From positions 4,272-68,271 of the forward strand of contig JAPYWL010000003.1 of the NCBI GenBank assembly GCA_028276365.1: a stretch of DNA of 64,000 nt, read 5' to 3'. This document shows positions 48,620 through 59,851 of this stretch, one piece after another. Position numbers and translations under genes: made by a program. The DNA is from Deltaproteobacteria bacterium. GTDB lineage: Bacteria > DRYD01. The first letter of the stretch is position 1, and every line of letters starts with the position of its first letter. The notes below the pieces were generated by a model that saw only the letters and a list, made by a program, of their open reading frames with translations, searched no databases and was not told the DNA's origin.

Positions 48620-50029
48620 TTAAAAGAAATTTTTAAAAAAATCTGATATTTTCTCAATTATACCTTTAACTTTATTAGATTTAACTAAGTTAATTTCATA
48701 TTTATTACGTTTATAATCTTGATAGATTTTATCAACAAAAACTTCAACCATACCATATAAATTAGTTAACCTATAATCACCAAAATATTGTTTATTAATT
48801 TTAAAAGGAGTAGTTCTAATTTCAAAGATATTATATATTATTTTATCGATTCCTTTAATTTCAGCTCCTCCTCCAACAAGTAATATATTAGAAATTAAAG
48901 AATAACTAAAAGAATTAGCTAAAGCTGACTTAAGAAGTTTTGCTATTTCTTCAACCCTAGGAATAATAACAGTATCAATAAGTGAATGGATTTGAACTTT
49001 TTCTTTTTGAATTACATTAGAGTTAGAATAAAAAAATGGATTAATCTCCATATACTCATCATCTTTATAAATTTTAGAGATATTAATATTTAATAAGATA
49101 TTTTCAGCCTCTTCCAGTGTAACACCTAAAGCAAAAGAAATATCCTTTAAAATATTTTTTAACCCCCTTTTAATATAAACTTTAAGATAAGGAGCAGCTT
49201 CCAAAATTACAATAAGCTCTGTTATGCTATATCCCAAATCAATAATAGCTAAAGGAGGTAAATCCCTCAGTTTCTTAGAACTAAAACTACTATGACTTAT
49301 AGCTTTATTATAAGCCAATACATTTGGAATAAAAAACAAAGCATTCTTTGAATTTAGATTAATATTATCAGTTACTTCAAATCCTAATTTTTCAAAAGGT
49401 TTAGCAATATTTTTTTTATGGTCTCCTTTTATAGAAGAAATAAAAAGCTCTATCTCTATATTATTCTTAGCAGTTAATCCAATCGGATTATAAGTTTTAT
49501 CAACAGAATCAATAATAAATAATCTTGGTAGTATAGAGATAATATTTTCAAAATCTTCAGGTAAAGTAACTATATTATCAGCTTGAATTTTTCCTATCTT
49601 AGCTTTCTTAGATAAATAATCATCAAGAAAAGTGTGTGTTATTTCCTGATTATTAACATCTATTTTAAGATTACTAACAACAGAATATAAATTAGCTCCA
49701 CCTACTGATAAAAAAATAACATCTATATTTCTACCTGTTTCCTTTTTTATATCATTAATTAAAGAATTAATAAAATCTTCGTAAAGGGAATAATCTATAA
49801 CCCTTTGATAATTTATTCCTTCAGTATCAGCTAAACCTAATGCTAAGACTTCATAAAAATTATTTTTATCTTCATTTTTAAGTATTTCAGTAGTATTTTT
49901 TTCTATATTATTTTTTTCTATATTATTTTTTTCAAAAGGATTAAAACTTTTGAAACTACTATCAGATAGATATATAAGTGTATACTTTGTAAATCTACTT
50001 CCTATATCTAAAAATAGAACATTCGTCAT
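48620..50029 (-). CDS. Actin-fold ATPase, FtsA-like (or PilM-like)
   Basis: N-terminal FLDIGSRFTK, IIDLGYSITEL and LVGGGAEIKGI phosphate/adenosine motifs of the ASKHA fold. Confidence 0.5.
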   Translation of the reverse strand: MTNVLFLDIGSRFTKYTLIYLSDSSFKSFNPFEKNNIEKNNIEKNTTEILKNEDKNNFYEVLALGLADTEGINYQRVIDYSLYEDFINSLINDIKKETGRNIDVIFLSVGGANLYSVVSNLKIDVNNQEITHTFLDDYLSKKAKIGKIQADNIVTLPEDFENIISILPRLFIIDSVDKTYNPIGLTAKNNIEIELFISSIKGDHKKNIAKPFEKLGFEVTDNINLNSKNALFFIPNVLAYNKAISHSSFSSKKLRDLPPLAIIDLGYSITELIVILEAAPYLKVYIKRGLKNILKDISFALGVTLEEAENILLNINISKIYKDDEYMEINPFFYSNSNVIQKEKVQIHSLIDTVIIPRVEEIAKLLKSALANSFSYSLISNILLVGGGAEIKGIDKIIYNIFEIRTTPFKINKQYFGDYRLTNLYGMVEVFVDKIYQDYKRNKYEINLVKSNKVKGIIEKISDFFKNFF

Positions 50030-50106
50030 TTTTTTTAATAATTAAATTTTAAGTCACTATACTAATATAAATTTATACTTTTAATAAAAAATCTCCTTTT
50101 TTTTTA

Positions 50107-52659
50107 TTATACAGAAATATATTGAATAGGTTCATCTACAGTAGCTAATTCTATTAATTTTAATCCCTTAGAAACTAAGCCATTATGACTAGCAGAATCA
50201 TCAGGAAACGATACAATAGCCTGTAAAATAGTACCATAATCCATTAAATTATTATACAATCTATTAGCAACAATGATAGCTTTAGATTTTTCAGTATGAG
50301 GTAACATCAAAATAAATATTTTATTAGATTTATCAAAAGCAGCTAAATCCACTCCAAACCTTATATTTTTTTTTATATCATTCCCTAATTTAGAAACTAT
50401 ATTATTAACAATATCATTATCAACAGCTTGAGTTAATATAATAGCTTTTAAAAAAATTAAAGACATAGGTAAAGAATATCTTCTACATCTTTTAATCTCT
50501 TTTTCTAAGTCAAACATAAAATCGTTATAAGTATATAAATTAGTAATAGGATCTATTCTAGGCTCTCTAGATGAATCAACATTTTTAGTTTCAGATTTAA
50601 TTTCTGATTGATCAATAGTAGCGATAGTTACCCTATTTTTACCATTCTTTTTAGAAATATAAGCAGCCTCATCCGCTTTTTTAAATAAATCATTTTTTGT
50701 TTTAGCATGTATAGGATAAGTAGCTACCCCCAAAGAAGCTGTAATTACATAATTCTCAGGTAAGCCAGAATATTTATGAGAATTTATATTAACTCTAATT
50801 CTTTCAGCTATTTTATAAGCACTATCTACATCAGTAAAAGGTAAAACAATAACAAATTCCTCCCCTCCCCATCTAGCTGCTACATCTATACCATCCCTTA
50901 TATTATTTTTTATTATCTTAGCTGTTTCCCTTAAAACCTTATCGCCTACTAAATGCCCAAATGTATCATTAATTTTTTTAAAATTATCTAAATCACAGAC
51001 TATTAATGATAAAGGTTGAGAGTAACGTTCAGAACGCTTTAATTCATTTACAATAGTATTTTCAAAATATTTCCTATTATACAATGTGGTTGTTTCATCT
51101 AATATACTTGATTCATGAAATATAAAAGAATCAATATGATTAATTATTCTAGGAATTATTACTCCTACTTTTTGATTAATTTCTATTATCTTCAAAAAAT
51201 TAATAGAATGAGCAAATTTTAATAAGATAATTCCTTTTAAATTTCTTTTATCAATTACAGGTATAATATAATTAACTCCATTTTTTAAAACTCTTTCTAA
51301 TAAACTAGGGAACAATTCATTAAACATATTATACAATCTATTAGATAAACTTCTGATAGATATTAATTCAGTGGATATTAACTTTCTTTCTATTATTTCT
51401 TTAGAATCATAATTAACAAGAATTTGTATTTTCTTTAATTCATCTGGAACATTCCCATAATTAGAAATGGTGTATAAAGTATTAGAAGTAGAATTGTATA
51501 AAAGCAAAGATATAAACTCTGAATTAGGAATTACCTTTGATAAATTACCAACTAAAAGTGAGCATAAATATTCCAAATTATCTGCTTCTTCTGCAGCTTT
51601 ATCTATTTGCCTTTGCATTAATATTAATTCCCTTTGAGAATTATACAAATAAATCAATACAGAAAGTAAAGAAACAAAAAATAATATCAATAATAAAAAT
51701 ATTATTTTTAATAGAAAATCCCTTAACTCTTTTTTCATCTTTTCCTTAACTTTATATTCTAAAATCTCTAAGTTTTGATTATATTTTATTTTCTTAGCTA
51801 AATCTATATATTTTAAAGCATTCTTTAAATCATCTTGGATAAAGTAAATATTAGCTAAATAATAATATCCTTCAAATTTCGCATTATCATCAGGATTATT
51901 TATTAATTTTTGCTCAATTATTTTTTTAGCATTTTCAAAATCTTTTAATTTAACAAGTAATTCAACCAATCTAACATAATTTAAATATAAATTAGGTTGA
52001 AGTTTAATCATTTTTTCAAGTACTTCCTTCGCTTTTTCATATTGCTCAGCTTTATAATAAGCATTATATAACTGATAAAGATAATAACCAGAATTGGGCA
52101 ATAAATTAACTATCTCCTGATATTGTCTTATACCATCATTATATTTTCTTAAATCTACATAAATTTGAGCTAAAACTCTTCTAGCTATAACAAACGTAGG
52201 CTCTATTTTAACAGATTGTTCTAAATATTCTATTGCTTTATTATTATCCCCTAATGTAAAATATAAATTGCCTAAAATATAATAACTTATGTAATTTTCT
52301 TTATTTTTATTTATACTCATTTCCAAATACTTTTTAGCATTCTCCATATCTGAAATATTAAAATAACAATATCCTAATAACATATAATAATCAGAAATCA
52401 ATTTGTCATTTTTAGTAGATAAATAATATTCCTCAAATTCAATTAATTTTTCAATTGCTTGCTCATACTTTAACTTCAAAATTAATTCATTATAAATTTT
52501 AGTTAAAGTTATATCCTTATTTAAAAAATTTAAACCAACAAATTTAGCTTCGTAAGTACCAATTAACGGATAATTACCTGATATTATAGTTTCAAACGTA
52601 AAACCAAAAACATTACTAAGATTAATAAAAAAAAACAAAATTATAAAAATATTCAACAT
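50107..52659 (-). CDS. TPR-repeat, single-TM signalling protein with tandem GGDEF domains (first with intact GGEEF, second degenerate)
   Basis: Start re-set to the ATG at 52659 (signal-peptide-like MLNIFIILFFFINLSNVFG, AGAGGA SD). Contains TPR repeats, a TM segment, TTLYNRKYF...RWGGEEFVIVLP, and a second domain that lacks the motif. Confidence 0.8.
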   Translation of the reverse strand: MLNIFIILFFFINLSNVFGFTFETIISGNYPLIGTYEAKFVGLNFLNKDITLTKIYNELILKLKYEQAIEKLIEFEEYYLSTKNDKLISDYYMLLGYCYFNISDMENAKKYLEMSINKNKENYISYYILGNLYFTLGDNNKAIEYLEQSVKIEPTFVIARRVLAQIYVDLRKYNDGIRQYQEIVNLLPNSGYYLYQLYNAYYKAEQYEKAKEVLEKMIKLQPNLYLNYVRLVELLVKLKDFENAKKIIEQKLINNPDDNAKFEGYYYLANIYFIQDDLKNALKYIDLAKKIKYNQNLEILEYKVKEKMKKELRDFLLKIIFLLLILFFVSLLSVLIYLYNSQRELILMQRQIDKAAEEADNLEYLCSLLVGNLSKVIPNSEFISLLLYNSTSNTLYTISNYGNVPDELKKIQILVNYDSKEIIERKLISTELISIRSLSNRLYNMFNELFPSLLERVLKNGVNYIIPVIDKRNLKGIILLKFAHSINFLKIIEINQKVGVIIPRIINHIDSFIFHESSILDETTTLYNRKYFENTIVNELKRSERYSQPLSLIVCDLDNFKKINDTFGHLVGDKVLRETAKIIKNNIRDGIDVAARWGGEEFVIVLPFTDVDSAYKIAERIRVNINSHKYSGLPENYVITASLGVATYPIHAKTKNDLFKKADEAAYISKKNGKNRVTIATIDQSEIKSETKNVDSSREPRIDPITNLYTYNDFMFDLEKEIKRCRRYSLPMSLIFLKAIILTQAVDNDIVNNIVSKLGNDIKKNIRFGVDLAAFDKSNKIFILMLPHTEKSKAIIVANRLYNNLMDYGTILQAIVSFPDDSASHNGLVSKGLKLIELATVDEPIQYISV

Positions 52660-52693
52660 TAAGATTCCTCTAAAAATCTTAAAAATAAAATAT

Positions 52694-53443
52694 CTAAAAA
52701 ATATCATACTTTTTTAACATATCTCTTAATTTAATTAAATATTCATATTCCCTTATATTTATATTTTCCAAATCCTCTATGTTTTCATCTATATTTTCCA
52801 ATAAAGAATTATCTTCTTTAAATAACTCATAGAAAATTTCTAAAATATACTGTTTATTTTCATACTTGTTTAAATTATTTAATAAAATTTTTAAAATCTC
52901 CTTGTAATCCATATTATCTATTTCTTTCAAAAAATACAATTCTAATATAAAAATATTTTCATTTTTATGAAATATTGTTTTTAGTATATAAATTAAATTA
53001 AATAAAGAAAATCTATCAAAGTTATTGTAAAATGTTAGTAAAGCATATTCTAATAAAACAATATCATCTAAAATTTTGGAAACAATAGTAATAAATTTAT
53101 TTTGTGCTAATTCCTTATTTAATCTTAAAGCTTCGTTAATATCAATTAAAACCAAAATAATATTAGCTGGCTTTTTAAAGCCTTTAGAATAACTTAAATT
53201 AGCAAAATACCTTGCTCTCTCATAATTGCCTTTTCTAAACTCTATTATAGAATACAAAAATTCATATATACCTCTTAAACTCAGATTCCTATCTCTTAAA
53301 GCTAAATCACTATAGTTACTACATATTTTTTCCAATACTATATCAAATGTTTTATCATCCTTTAATAACATCTCCAATAAAAAATCTATATCATTTTGAT
53401 TAATAGCTTTTTCTATAGCTTTAGTTACTAATTGAATATCCAT
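52694..53443 (-). CDS. Hypothetical helical-repeat protein
   Basis: 249-aa ORF, upstream of and co-directional with the GGDEF gene. I recognise no motif. Confidence 0.35.
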   Translation of the reverse strand: MDIQLVTKAIEKAINQNDIDFLLEMLLKDDKTFDIVLEKICSNYSDLALRDRNLSLRGIYEFLYSIIEFRKGNYERARYFANLSYSKGFKKPANIILVLIDINEALRLNKELAQNKFITIVSKILDDIVLLEYALLTFYNNFDRFSLFNLIYILKTIFHKNENIFILELYFLKEIDNMDYKEILKILLNNLNKYENKQYILEIFYELFKEDNSLLENIDENIEDLENINIREYEYLIKLRDMLKKYDIF

Positions 53444-53601
53444 AATGAAAATCTCTAAAAAATAATTTTCTATATATTAGTTATATAAATTTTTTTTAAA
53501 ATCCTTCAAACTATTTAACCTTTTTATCCCAATTTAATACAATCTTACAGAATTATTCACATCCCTATTTACATACTTATTATGGATCATACAACAAGTT
53601 T

Positions 53602-54708
53602 TTAGTAATCTAATTTTACCCCCCTTCTAGAAGCTAAAAGATAATCTATATACTTTTTTACACCTTTATAAATTGAGGTAAATTTAAAATCAATATTATA
53701 TCTTTTAAAAATTTCAATTAATTTTTTATTATTAGCTTTGGTAAAAATTTGATATTTATTTTTAAGCTCTTTTGGAAATTCAATTTCTTTTATATATACA
53801 TTATCTTTATTTAATTTTTTTTGAATATAATTTTTAACAATATTAGCAGCCTCAAAAAAAGAAACAGATTTAGAAGTTCCACAATCATAAATTCCACTTA
53901 ATTCTTTCAAATTCTCGTTTTCAATTATAATTTTAAATAAAAAAATATTTACTTTAACTACATCATCTACAAAAATAAAATCCCTATAAAAATCCTTACT
54001 TCCCTCAAATATTTTTATAGTATTATCTTTTAGGATTTGATTAAAGAAATGAAAAATAACAGAAGCCATAAAACCCTTATGCTCTTCATAGAACCCATAT
54101 ACATTAAAATACCTTAACCCTATAACTACATTTTCTAAATCTTGATTAATTACATAATTATCAAATAAAAACTTAGATAAAGCATAATAATTAAGAGGAT
54201 TATAAAAATAATTATAAAATTTTTTAGATTTTTTCATAGTATTACCATAAACAGAAGCAGAAGAAGCATAAATCATCGGAATTAAATATTTTCTGGAAAA
54301 ATTTAGTAACTCCTTACTATATTCGAAATTATTTTTAATTAAATAATTTAAATCTTTCTCTAAGGTATTAGTACAAGCTCCTTGATGAAAAATAAACCGT
54401 ATTTTATCTAGATTATATTTAGTTAATAAATTTTCATTTTTAATCAATTCTAAAAAATTCTCTTTTTGAAAATAATTTATAAATTTTAATTTAGCTAATC
54501 TTTTAATTTTTATTTTATTTAAATTGTCATATTCATCTTTATTAAAGATATTATCAACTATTATTAAATTAGAAAATCCTAAGGAATTTAAAGCTAAAGC
54601 TAAATTAAATCCAATAAATCCCAATCCCCCAGTTAATAGTATATACTTTTCCTTATTAAATTTATTAATCAACTCTTTATTAAAATTAAAAATATCAATA
54701 TTTTTCAT
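53602..54708 (-). CDS. hldD: ADP-L-glycero-D-manno-heptose 6-epimerase
   Basis: TGGLGFIGFNL, FHQGACTNT, YASSASVYG and GLRYFNVYGFYEEHKGFMASVIFHF closely follow HldD/RfaD signatures. Confidence 0.8.
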   Translation of the reverse strand: MKNIDIFNFNKELINKFNKEKYILLTGGLGFIGFNLALALNSLGFSNLIIVDNIFNKDEYDNLNKIKIKRLAKLKFINYFQKENFLELIKNENLLTKYNLDKIRFIFHQGACTNTLEKDLNYLIKNNFEYSKELLNFSRKYLIPMIYASSASVYGNTMKKSKKFYNYFYNPLNYYALSKFLFDNYVINQDLENVVIGLRYFNVYGFYEEHKGFMASVIFHFFNQILKDNTIKIFEGSKDFYRDFIFVDDVVKVNIFLFKIIIENENLKELSGIYDCGTSKSVSFFEAANIVKNYIQKKLNKDNVYIKEIEFPKELKNKYQIFTKANNKKLIEIFKRYNIDFKFTSIYKGVKKYIDYLLASRRGVKLDY

Positions 54709-54727
54709 AAAAATTTATTTAAAAAAT

Positions 54728-56548
54728 TTATTTAGCAGTTTGAACAGCTATTATTTTTCTTATAACAGTAACTCTAATTAGGCCTGGATATTTTAAATTA
54801 TTTTCAATAGCTTTAGAAATATCTTTAGCCAATTTATATACGTCGTTATCTAGTACCATATCAGGTTTAACAAAAACAATAACTTCTTTACCTCCTTGTA
54901 AAACATAAGCCTTTTCAACACCAGCAAAAGACATAGCCAATTCTTCTAATTTCTGTAATCTTTGGATATATAACTGATAAGTTTCCCTTCTAGCTCCAGG
55001 TCTAGAAGCAGATATAGCATCAGCTATCTGTACTATTAAATCCTCTAAAGTTTCTTGAGGTACTTCATTATGATGACTTGCAATAGCTCGAACCACTTCA
55101 TCTTTTTCCCCGTATATTTTAGCAATTTTAGCACCCGCAATAGCATGAGGTTCTCCATTAGTTTCCTCTAAAACTTTACCTATATCATGTAATAAAGCTG
55201 CTCTTCTACATATTTCTACATCTGCTCCCAATTCTGTTGCTAATAATGTAGCTATCTGAGAAACTTGAATACTATGCTTTAGTAAATTTTGGCCATAACT
55301 TGCTCTATACTTCATCTTACCCAATAAATTAATCAAATCTGGATGTAAATCATAAACTTTAGATTGAATAGCAGCATTCTCGCCTTCCTCTTGGATTTTT
55401 AAATTTATTTCTTTTTCTATTTGATCATAAACTTCTTGAATAGCAATAGGATTTATTTTACCAATACTTATAAGCTTTTCTAAAGTTAATCTAGCTTTCT
55501 CCCTCCTTATAGGATCAAAAGAAGAAACTAAAACCACATCAGAATTATCATCTATAATTAAGTCAACACCCGTTATTTCTTCAAAAGCTTTTATATTTCT
55601 TCCTTCTTTTCCTATTATTCTACCTTTTAATTCCTCAGATGGCAAAACAATAGGGGAAGTAGTATTTTCAGAAACAGTATCAGCTGTAATTCTACTTAAA
55701 GTATTTAAAAGAATTCTTTTAGCTTTAAATTCAGCATTTCTTAGATATTCTTGCTCTATTTTTTGAGATACTATTAACAATTCAGTTTTTAAATTTTCTT
55801 CAGTTTTTTTTATTACTATTTCTTTAGCCGCTTCAGGAGTTAAATTAGATATTTTTAATAATTCTTCTTCTATTTTATTTTTCAATTGATTAACATACTC
55901 CATTTTTTGCTCTATCTCTTTTTCTTTAATTAGAATTTCTTCTTGCTTTTGTTGTAATTCTTCTTTTTTAATATCTATTTCTTTAAATTTAAGGGATAAT
56001 TGTTTTTCTTTTTCCCAAAGCTCAATTTTCATATTTTCAATTTTATCCCATTCTTTATTTATTAACTCAAATTTTTCTATAGCTTTTTTATTTATTTCTT
56101 CAGCTTCTTTTTTAGCTTTCTCTATTAATTTCTCATTATCCCAAATTATTTTTTCCTTTTCATCTTTAAGTTTTTGAATTTCCTTATTTAGATTACTAAT
56201 TTCATTATCTAGTTTTTGAAGCTCTTTTATTTTTAAATTTATATCATTTTCTAAAGAATTTAACTTTCTTTCTAACAATTCTTTCTTATTATTTAGTTCT
56301 TCAATATTAGTTTTTAAAGCTTTTTCCTGACTAATTAAATCATTGAGTTTTTGTTCTAAATTCTTAAATTCCTGTATTTCTTGGGAGTTAATAAAGTTTT
56401 GAGATAATTTCAAATTATCCTCTTTTTTATATTCTTCTTGTTTTAATTCTCTTTTTTCTAACTTAGATAATTTATAAAAAATAAATCCTAAAAAAATTAA
56501 AAGAATTACTATAAAAAATATTAATAACACAATTAAAAAATTACTCAT
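54728..56548 (-). CDS. rny: Ribonuclease Y
   Basis: N-terminal TM segment, a long coiled coil, a KH domain (GRIIGKEGRNIKAFE) and an HD domain (LLHDIGK). Confidence 0.9.
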   Translation of the reverse strand: MSNFLIVLLIFFIVILLIFLGFIFYKLSKLEKRELKQEEYKKEDNLKLSQNFINSQEIQEFKNLEQKLNDLISQEKALKTNIEELNNKKELLERKLNSLENDINLKIKELQKLDNEISNLNKEIQKLKDEKEKIIWDNEKLIEKAKKEAEEINKKAIEKFELINKEWDKIENMKIELWEKEKQLSLKFKEIDIKKEELQQKQEEILIKEKEIEQKMEYVNQLKNKIEEELLKISNLTPEAAKEIVIKKTEENLKTELLIVSQKIEQEYLRNAEFKAKRILLNTLSRITADTVSENTTSPIVLPSEELKGRIIGKEGRNIKAFEEITGVDLIIDDNSDVVLVSSFDPIRREKARLTLEKLISIGKINPIAIQEVYDQIEKEINLKIQEEGENAAIQSKVYDLHPDLINLLGKMKYRASYGQNLLKHSIQVSQIATLLATELGADVEICRRAALLHDIGKVLEETNGEPHAIAGAKIAKIYGEKDEVVRAIASHHNEVPQETLEDLIVQIADAISASRPGARRETYQLYIQRLQKLEELAMSFAGVEKAYVLQGGKEVIVFVKPDMVLDNDVYKLAKDISKAIENNLKYPGLIRVTVIRKIIAVQTAK

Positions 56549-56621
56549 AAATTTTAGCCCCCTTTTATAATTAAATAAAAACTTTTAAATTTTAAATTTA
56601 GTTTTTTATTTTTAATTTTTT

Positions 56622-57695
56622 TTATTTTTCTTTTTTGTTGAAAGAATCTATAATTTTTTGGATAATAGCTAAATCCTTAAAGTGCTTGGAGAATTCTTTA
56701 GGAGGATAGCCTGCATAAATTTTGTTAGGTTCCAAATTTTTAGTAGCAATAGTATTTCCCGCTAAAATAGTATTAGGTCCTACTTTAACTCCGTCTTTAA
56801 TACCACTCATAGCAGCTAATATACAGTTATCATATATTCTAGCACTACCTGCTATACCTACTTTGCTAACTATCCTACAATTTTTACCTACCTTAACATT
56901 ATGCCCTATCTGAACTTGATTATCTATTTTAGTATTTTGGTCTATAAAAGTATAGCCTATAGTAGCTCTATCTATACTAACATTAGCACCTATTTCTACA
57001 TTATCTTTTATCACTACACCTCCTATCTGATATATTTTCTCTAAATTATCAGTATATCCAAACCCATCAGATCCTATTGTGGTATTTGAATGTATAATAA
57101 CATTATCAGCTATATAAACATTATCATATATACTTACATTTGAATAAATCCTAACATTATTACCTATATACACATTATTTCCTATATAAACAAAAGGATA
57201 TATCCTGGTATTATCCCCAATAACTACATTATTCCCAATAAAATAGCCATTATTTAATAAAATATTTGTTGATTCCTTCTGTTTAAAATCTTTTTGTATA
57301 TCCTCATAGAAAACCTCTAATAGTTTAAAAAATAAATTTTCAAGATTAAAATCAGATAAAGTTATTATTTGCTTATTACTTATTTTTTGTTTAAATAGGT
57401 TAATCTTGGAAATCTTGTTAGTAAACCAATCGTAAATTTCATTACTCACAATAAATAAACTAGGAATAATATCATTTAATTCTAATAATTCATTATCTTC
57501 CAAAAAAACTCTCTTTTTAAAAATAATTGATAAAATCAAATTTTTAGAATTAAACAATTCATTTTTATTAAAAAAATAATTAGAATTTATCCCCTCAGGG
57601 GGAATTATAGTAAATTTTTCAAAGGAATTAAATAAATCAATAAATTCCTTAATATATTCTTTTAATATTTTTATATCTAAAAAATATAACTTCAT
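56622..57695 (-). CDS. lpxD: UDP-3-O-acylglucosamine N-acyltransferase
   Basis: Extended left-handed beta-helix hexapeptide repeats (IGNNVxI...), an LpxD-like N-terminal domain, and a position downstream of skp-like genes. Confidence 0.7.
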   Translation of the reverse strand: MKLYFLDIKILKEYIKEFIDLFNSFEKFTIIPPEGINSNYFFNKNELFNSKNLILSIIFKKRVFLEDNELLELNDIIPSLFIVSNEIYDWFTNKISKINLFKQKISNKQIITLSDFNLENLFFKLLEVFYEDIQKDFKQKESTNILLNNGYFIGNNVVIGDNTRIYPFVYIGNNVYIGNNVRIYSNVSIYDNVYIADNVIIHSNTTIGSDGFGYTDNLEKIYQIGGVVIKDNVEIGANVSIDRATIGYTFIDQNTKIDNQVQIGHNVKVGKNCRIVSKVGIAGSARIYDNCILAAMSGIKDGVKVGPNTILAGNTIATKNLEPNKIYAGYPPKEFSKHFKDLAIIQKIIDSFNKKEK

Positions 57696-57745
57696 AAAAC
57701 ATTTTACTATATTATATTTTTTTAATTTCTTTAATTAAAAATTTA

Positions 57746-59068
57746 CTACTTATGCTTTTTAATTCTTTGAATAAGTGCATCAGTTAAATTTACAACATTA
57801 TTCTTATTATAACTAATATAATTAATAAATACATAATCCACATCATATAATTTAGCTATTTCGTCAATATAAGGTTCTATATTTTTTAAGATCTGATAAT
57901 TTAAATTATTTAATTTCTCATTTAAATTAGATATTTTATTATTTAAATTTATTAATTTTTGAGTATATAACAAGTTATATTTTTGAGCTAACTTTTGTTG
58001 ATATTGTCTAATTTTTTCGTTAGCTTTTTGAAACTCCTGGTTATAATTTGTATATAATTCTTTTAATGCTTCATTATTTTGAGATTTTATAATTTCCCTT
58101 AAATTTTTATTATATTCCTGTTCTAATTTACTAACATAATTATTATATTCATCTATTATTTGTTGCTTTTTAATATTGTAATCTTTATGATACTGATTAA
58201 GTATTTTTTTCACTTCTTGTTTATATTGCTGCTCATATTTATTAGCTATTTCTTTTTGTGTTTGATATAATTCTTTTTCTATCTCTTGAGACTTAGATTT
58301 ATATAATTCCTCTTGCCTTGATTTTATTAATTCTAATTTATTTAATAGCTCTTCTCTCTTAGGATCGTATATTGAAGTATTAGTTAGTTTTAAATTTATA
58401 TTAGTTATCTCATTTTTATAAATCTCATTTAGTGATACTTTATAATTATCTAATTCAGTTTTATACTTTTTATATAAATTATCTATTTCAGATTTTATTT
58501 TTTGATGATAATTTTGTTGAATATTATAAATGTTTTGATTCAATTGAGAATATAATTCTTTTTCATAATTATAAATAATATATTGAGTTTGTTTTCTTTT
58601 TTGTATTATATTTTTTTCAATTTTATTTTTTAATTCTATAATTTTATTTTTCAATTGTTGATCTATTTCCTTACTTTTTAGTAAATTTTCAGATAACTGT
58701 TTTTCTAACTTTTTTTGATTAGATAATATATTATTAGAATATATTTCCATTTCTTTTATAAATTGTAATTCCAAACTTTTATCCAAATTATATATTTCAT
58801 TATAGGAATTTTTAATTTCCTGTTTTGTTTGAATTAATGCTAAATATATATCCTCAAAAGAATAAATTACTTTTGAAATATCAATAACCCCATATTTATA
58901 ATCAATACTTAATTTTTGATTATTTTTATAAGCAAATATATATTTAGATAAAGATAAAACAAATAAAGTAAATAGAATTAAAAAAATAAAAATAATTAAA
59001 TAATCACTTAAATTCTTTTTTGGAGTTTTTAGTATGATACTTTTTAGAAATATATTTTTGAATTTCAT
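57746..59068 (-). CDS. Membrane-anchored, Q/K/E-rich coiled-coil protein (extended OmpH/Skp-like)
   Basis: N-terminal signal anchor, then about 350 aa of coiled coil. Lies between a Skp-like gene and lpxD. Confidence 0.45.
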   Translation of the reverse strand: MKFKNIFLKSIILKTPKKNLSDYLIIFIFLILFTLFVLSLSKYIFAYKNNQKLSIDYKYGVIDISKVIYSFEDIYLALIQTKQEIKNSYNEIYNLDKSLELQFIKEMEIYSNNILSNQKKLEKQLSENLLKSKEIDQQLKNKIIELKNKIEKNIIQKRKQTQYIIYNYEKELYSQLNQNIYNIQQNYHQKIKSEIDNLYKKYKTELDNYKVSLNEIYKNEITNINLKLTNTSIYDPKREELLNKLELIKSRQEELYKSKSQEIEKELYQTQKEIANKYEQQYKQEVKKILNQYHKDYNIKKQQIIDEYNNYVSKLEQEYNKNLREIIKSQNNEALKELYTNYNQEFQKANEKIRQYQQKLAQKYNLLYTQKLINLNNKISNLNEKLNNLNYQILKNIEPYIDEIAKLYDVDYVFINYISYNKNNVVNLTDALIQRIKKHK

Positions 59069-59741
59069 AAGTTAAATCAATACCTCCTAATAATACATTG
59101 GATTTATCAAAAATAATTAAGATATCATTTTGTTTATCTTTATACAATTTTTGAAAATCTATATCCTTTAAATTTAAATTATTTTTGATATTAGACAAAT
59201 CAACATAAGCTATATTAAAAGAGTAATTCAAATTTGAAGTTAAATCCAAATTCTTATTTGAATCTAAGGTTTGAATTACCTCATTAGTAAGATCTTTATA
59301 ACCATATACAATACTATCACTAGTTAGAATAATACCAATATTCTCTTTATTAGCAGTAGTTATTACAGCTCTTTCTAAATTTTTGTAGAATTCACTTAAA
59401 TATTCCTGTTTTTTATTTTCTAAAATAACAGATAACTTATTAGCTGTTTCTTTTAACTCTTTCTCATTTTTAGTTAATGAAATTTTATTTAATTGATCCT
59501 TATATTCTAGTTCCAAATTATAAATTTTATCCTGAATTTGTTTATAATATTTACTATCTCTTATCTTTGTTAAATCCACCCTTCCAATTAATACCTTAGA
59601 ATTCTCATTTTTTAATTGATTTGATTTATTACAACTATTTAATACAAAAGAAAAAGAAAGAAAATATAAAATAAAAAAAATAAAACTTATATTCCTAGTT
59701 ATATTTTTGTTTTTTTCTACTTTCAAACCTAATTTAATCAT
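59004..59741 (-). CDS. skp: OmpH/Skp-like periplasmic chaperone (lipoprotein-type signal)
   Basis: Signal peptide ending in LNSC, a helical K/E-rich body, and the conserved skp-lpxD neighbourhood. Confidence 0.5.
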   Translation of the reverse strand: MIKLGLKVEKNKNITRNISFIFFILYFLSFSFVLNSCNKSNQLKNENSKVLIGRVDLTKIRDSKYYKQIQDKIYNLELEYKDQLNKISLTKNEKELKETANKLSVILENKKQEYLSEFYKNLERAVITTANKENIGIILTSDSIVYGYKDLTNEVIQTLDSNKNLDLTSNLNYSFNIAYVDLSNIKNNLNLKDIDFQKLYKDKQNDILIIFDKSNVLLGGIDLTYEIQKYISKKYHTKNSKKEFK

Positions 59742-59851
59742 AACTACTGATTTCTAATATAATATTTCTGCAATTAAAATATAATTACCTTTTATAAATT
59801 TTATCTGTTAAATATAAAGGATTTTAAGAATAGATTAATAATTTAAATAAT

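Noticed and set aside
49892-49930. In-frame coding micro-duplications: EKNNI x2 in the FtsA-like gene (about 49892-49930), KDNFKDY x2 in the ankyrin-repeat protein gene (about 41812-41858), and ELVNF x2 in etfA (about 9070-9105).
   Set aside because: These are short in-frame slippage duplications in low-complexity, AT-rich coding sequence. They do not disrupt frames and have no evident functional implication.
59004-59068. Interpreting the 65-nt overlap of the two skp-like ORFs as a programmed frameshift producing a fusion protein.
   Set aside because: The downstream ORF begins with its own signal-anchor sequence, consistent with an independent protein. No recognisable slippery-site plus stimulator arrangement is present. 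The observation is kept only as a low-interest finding.
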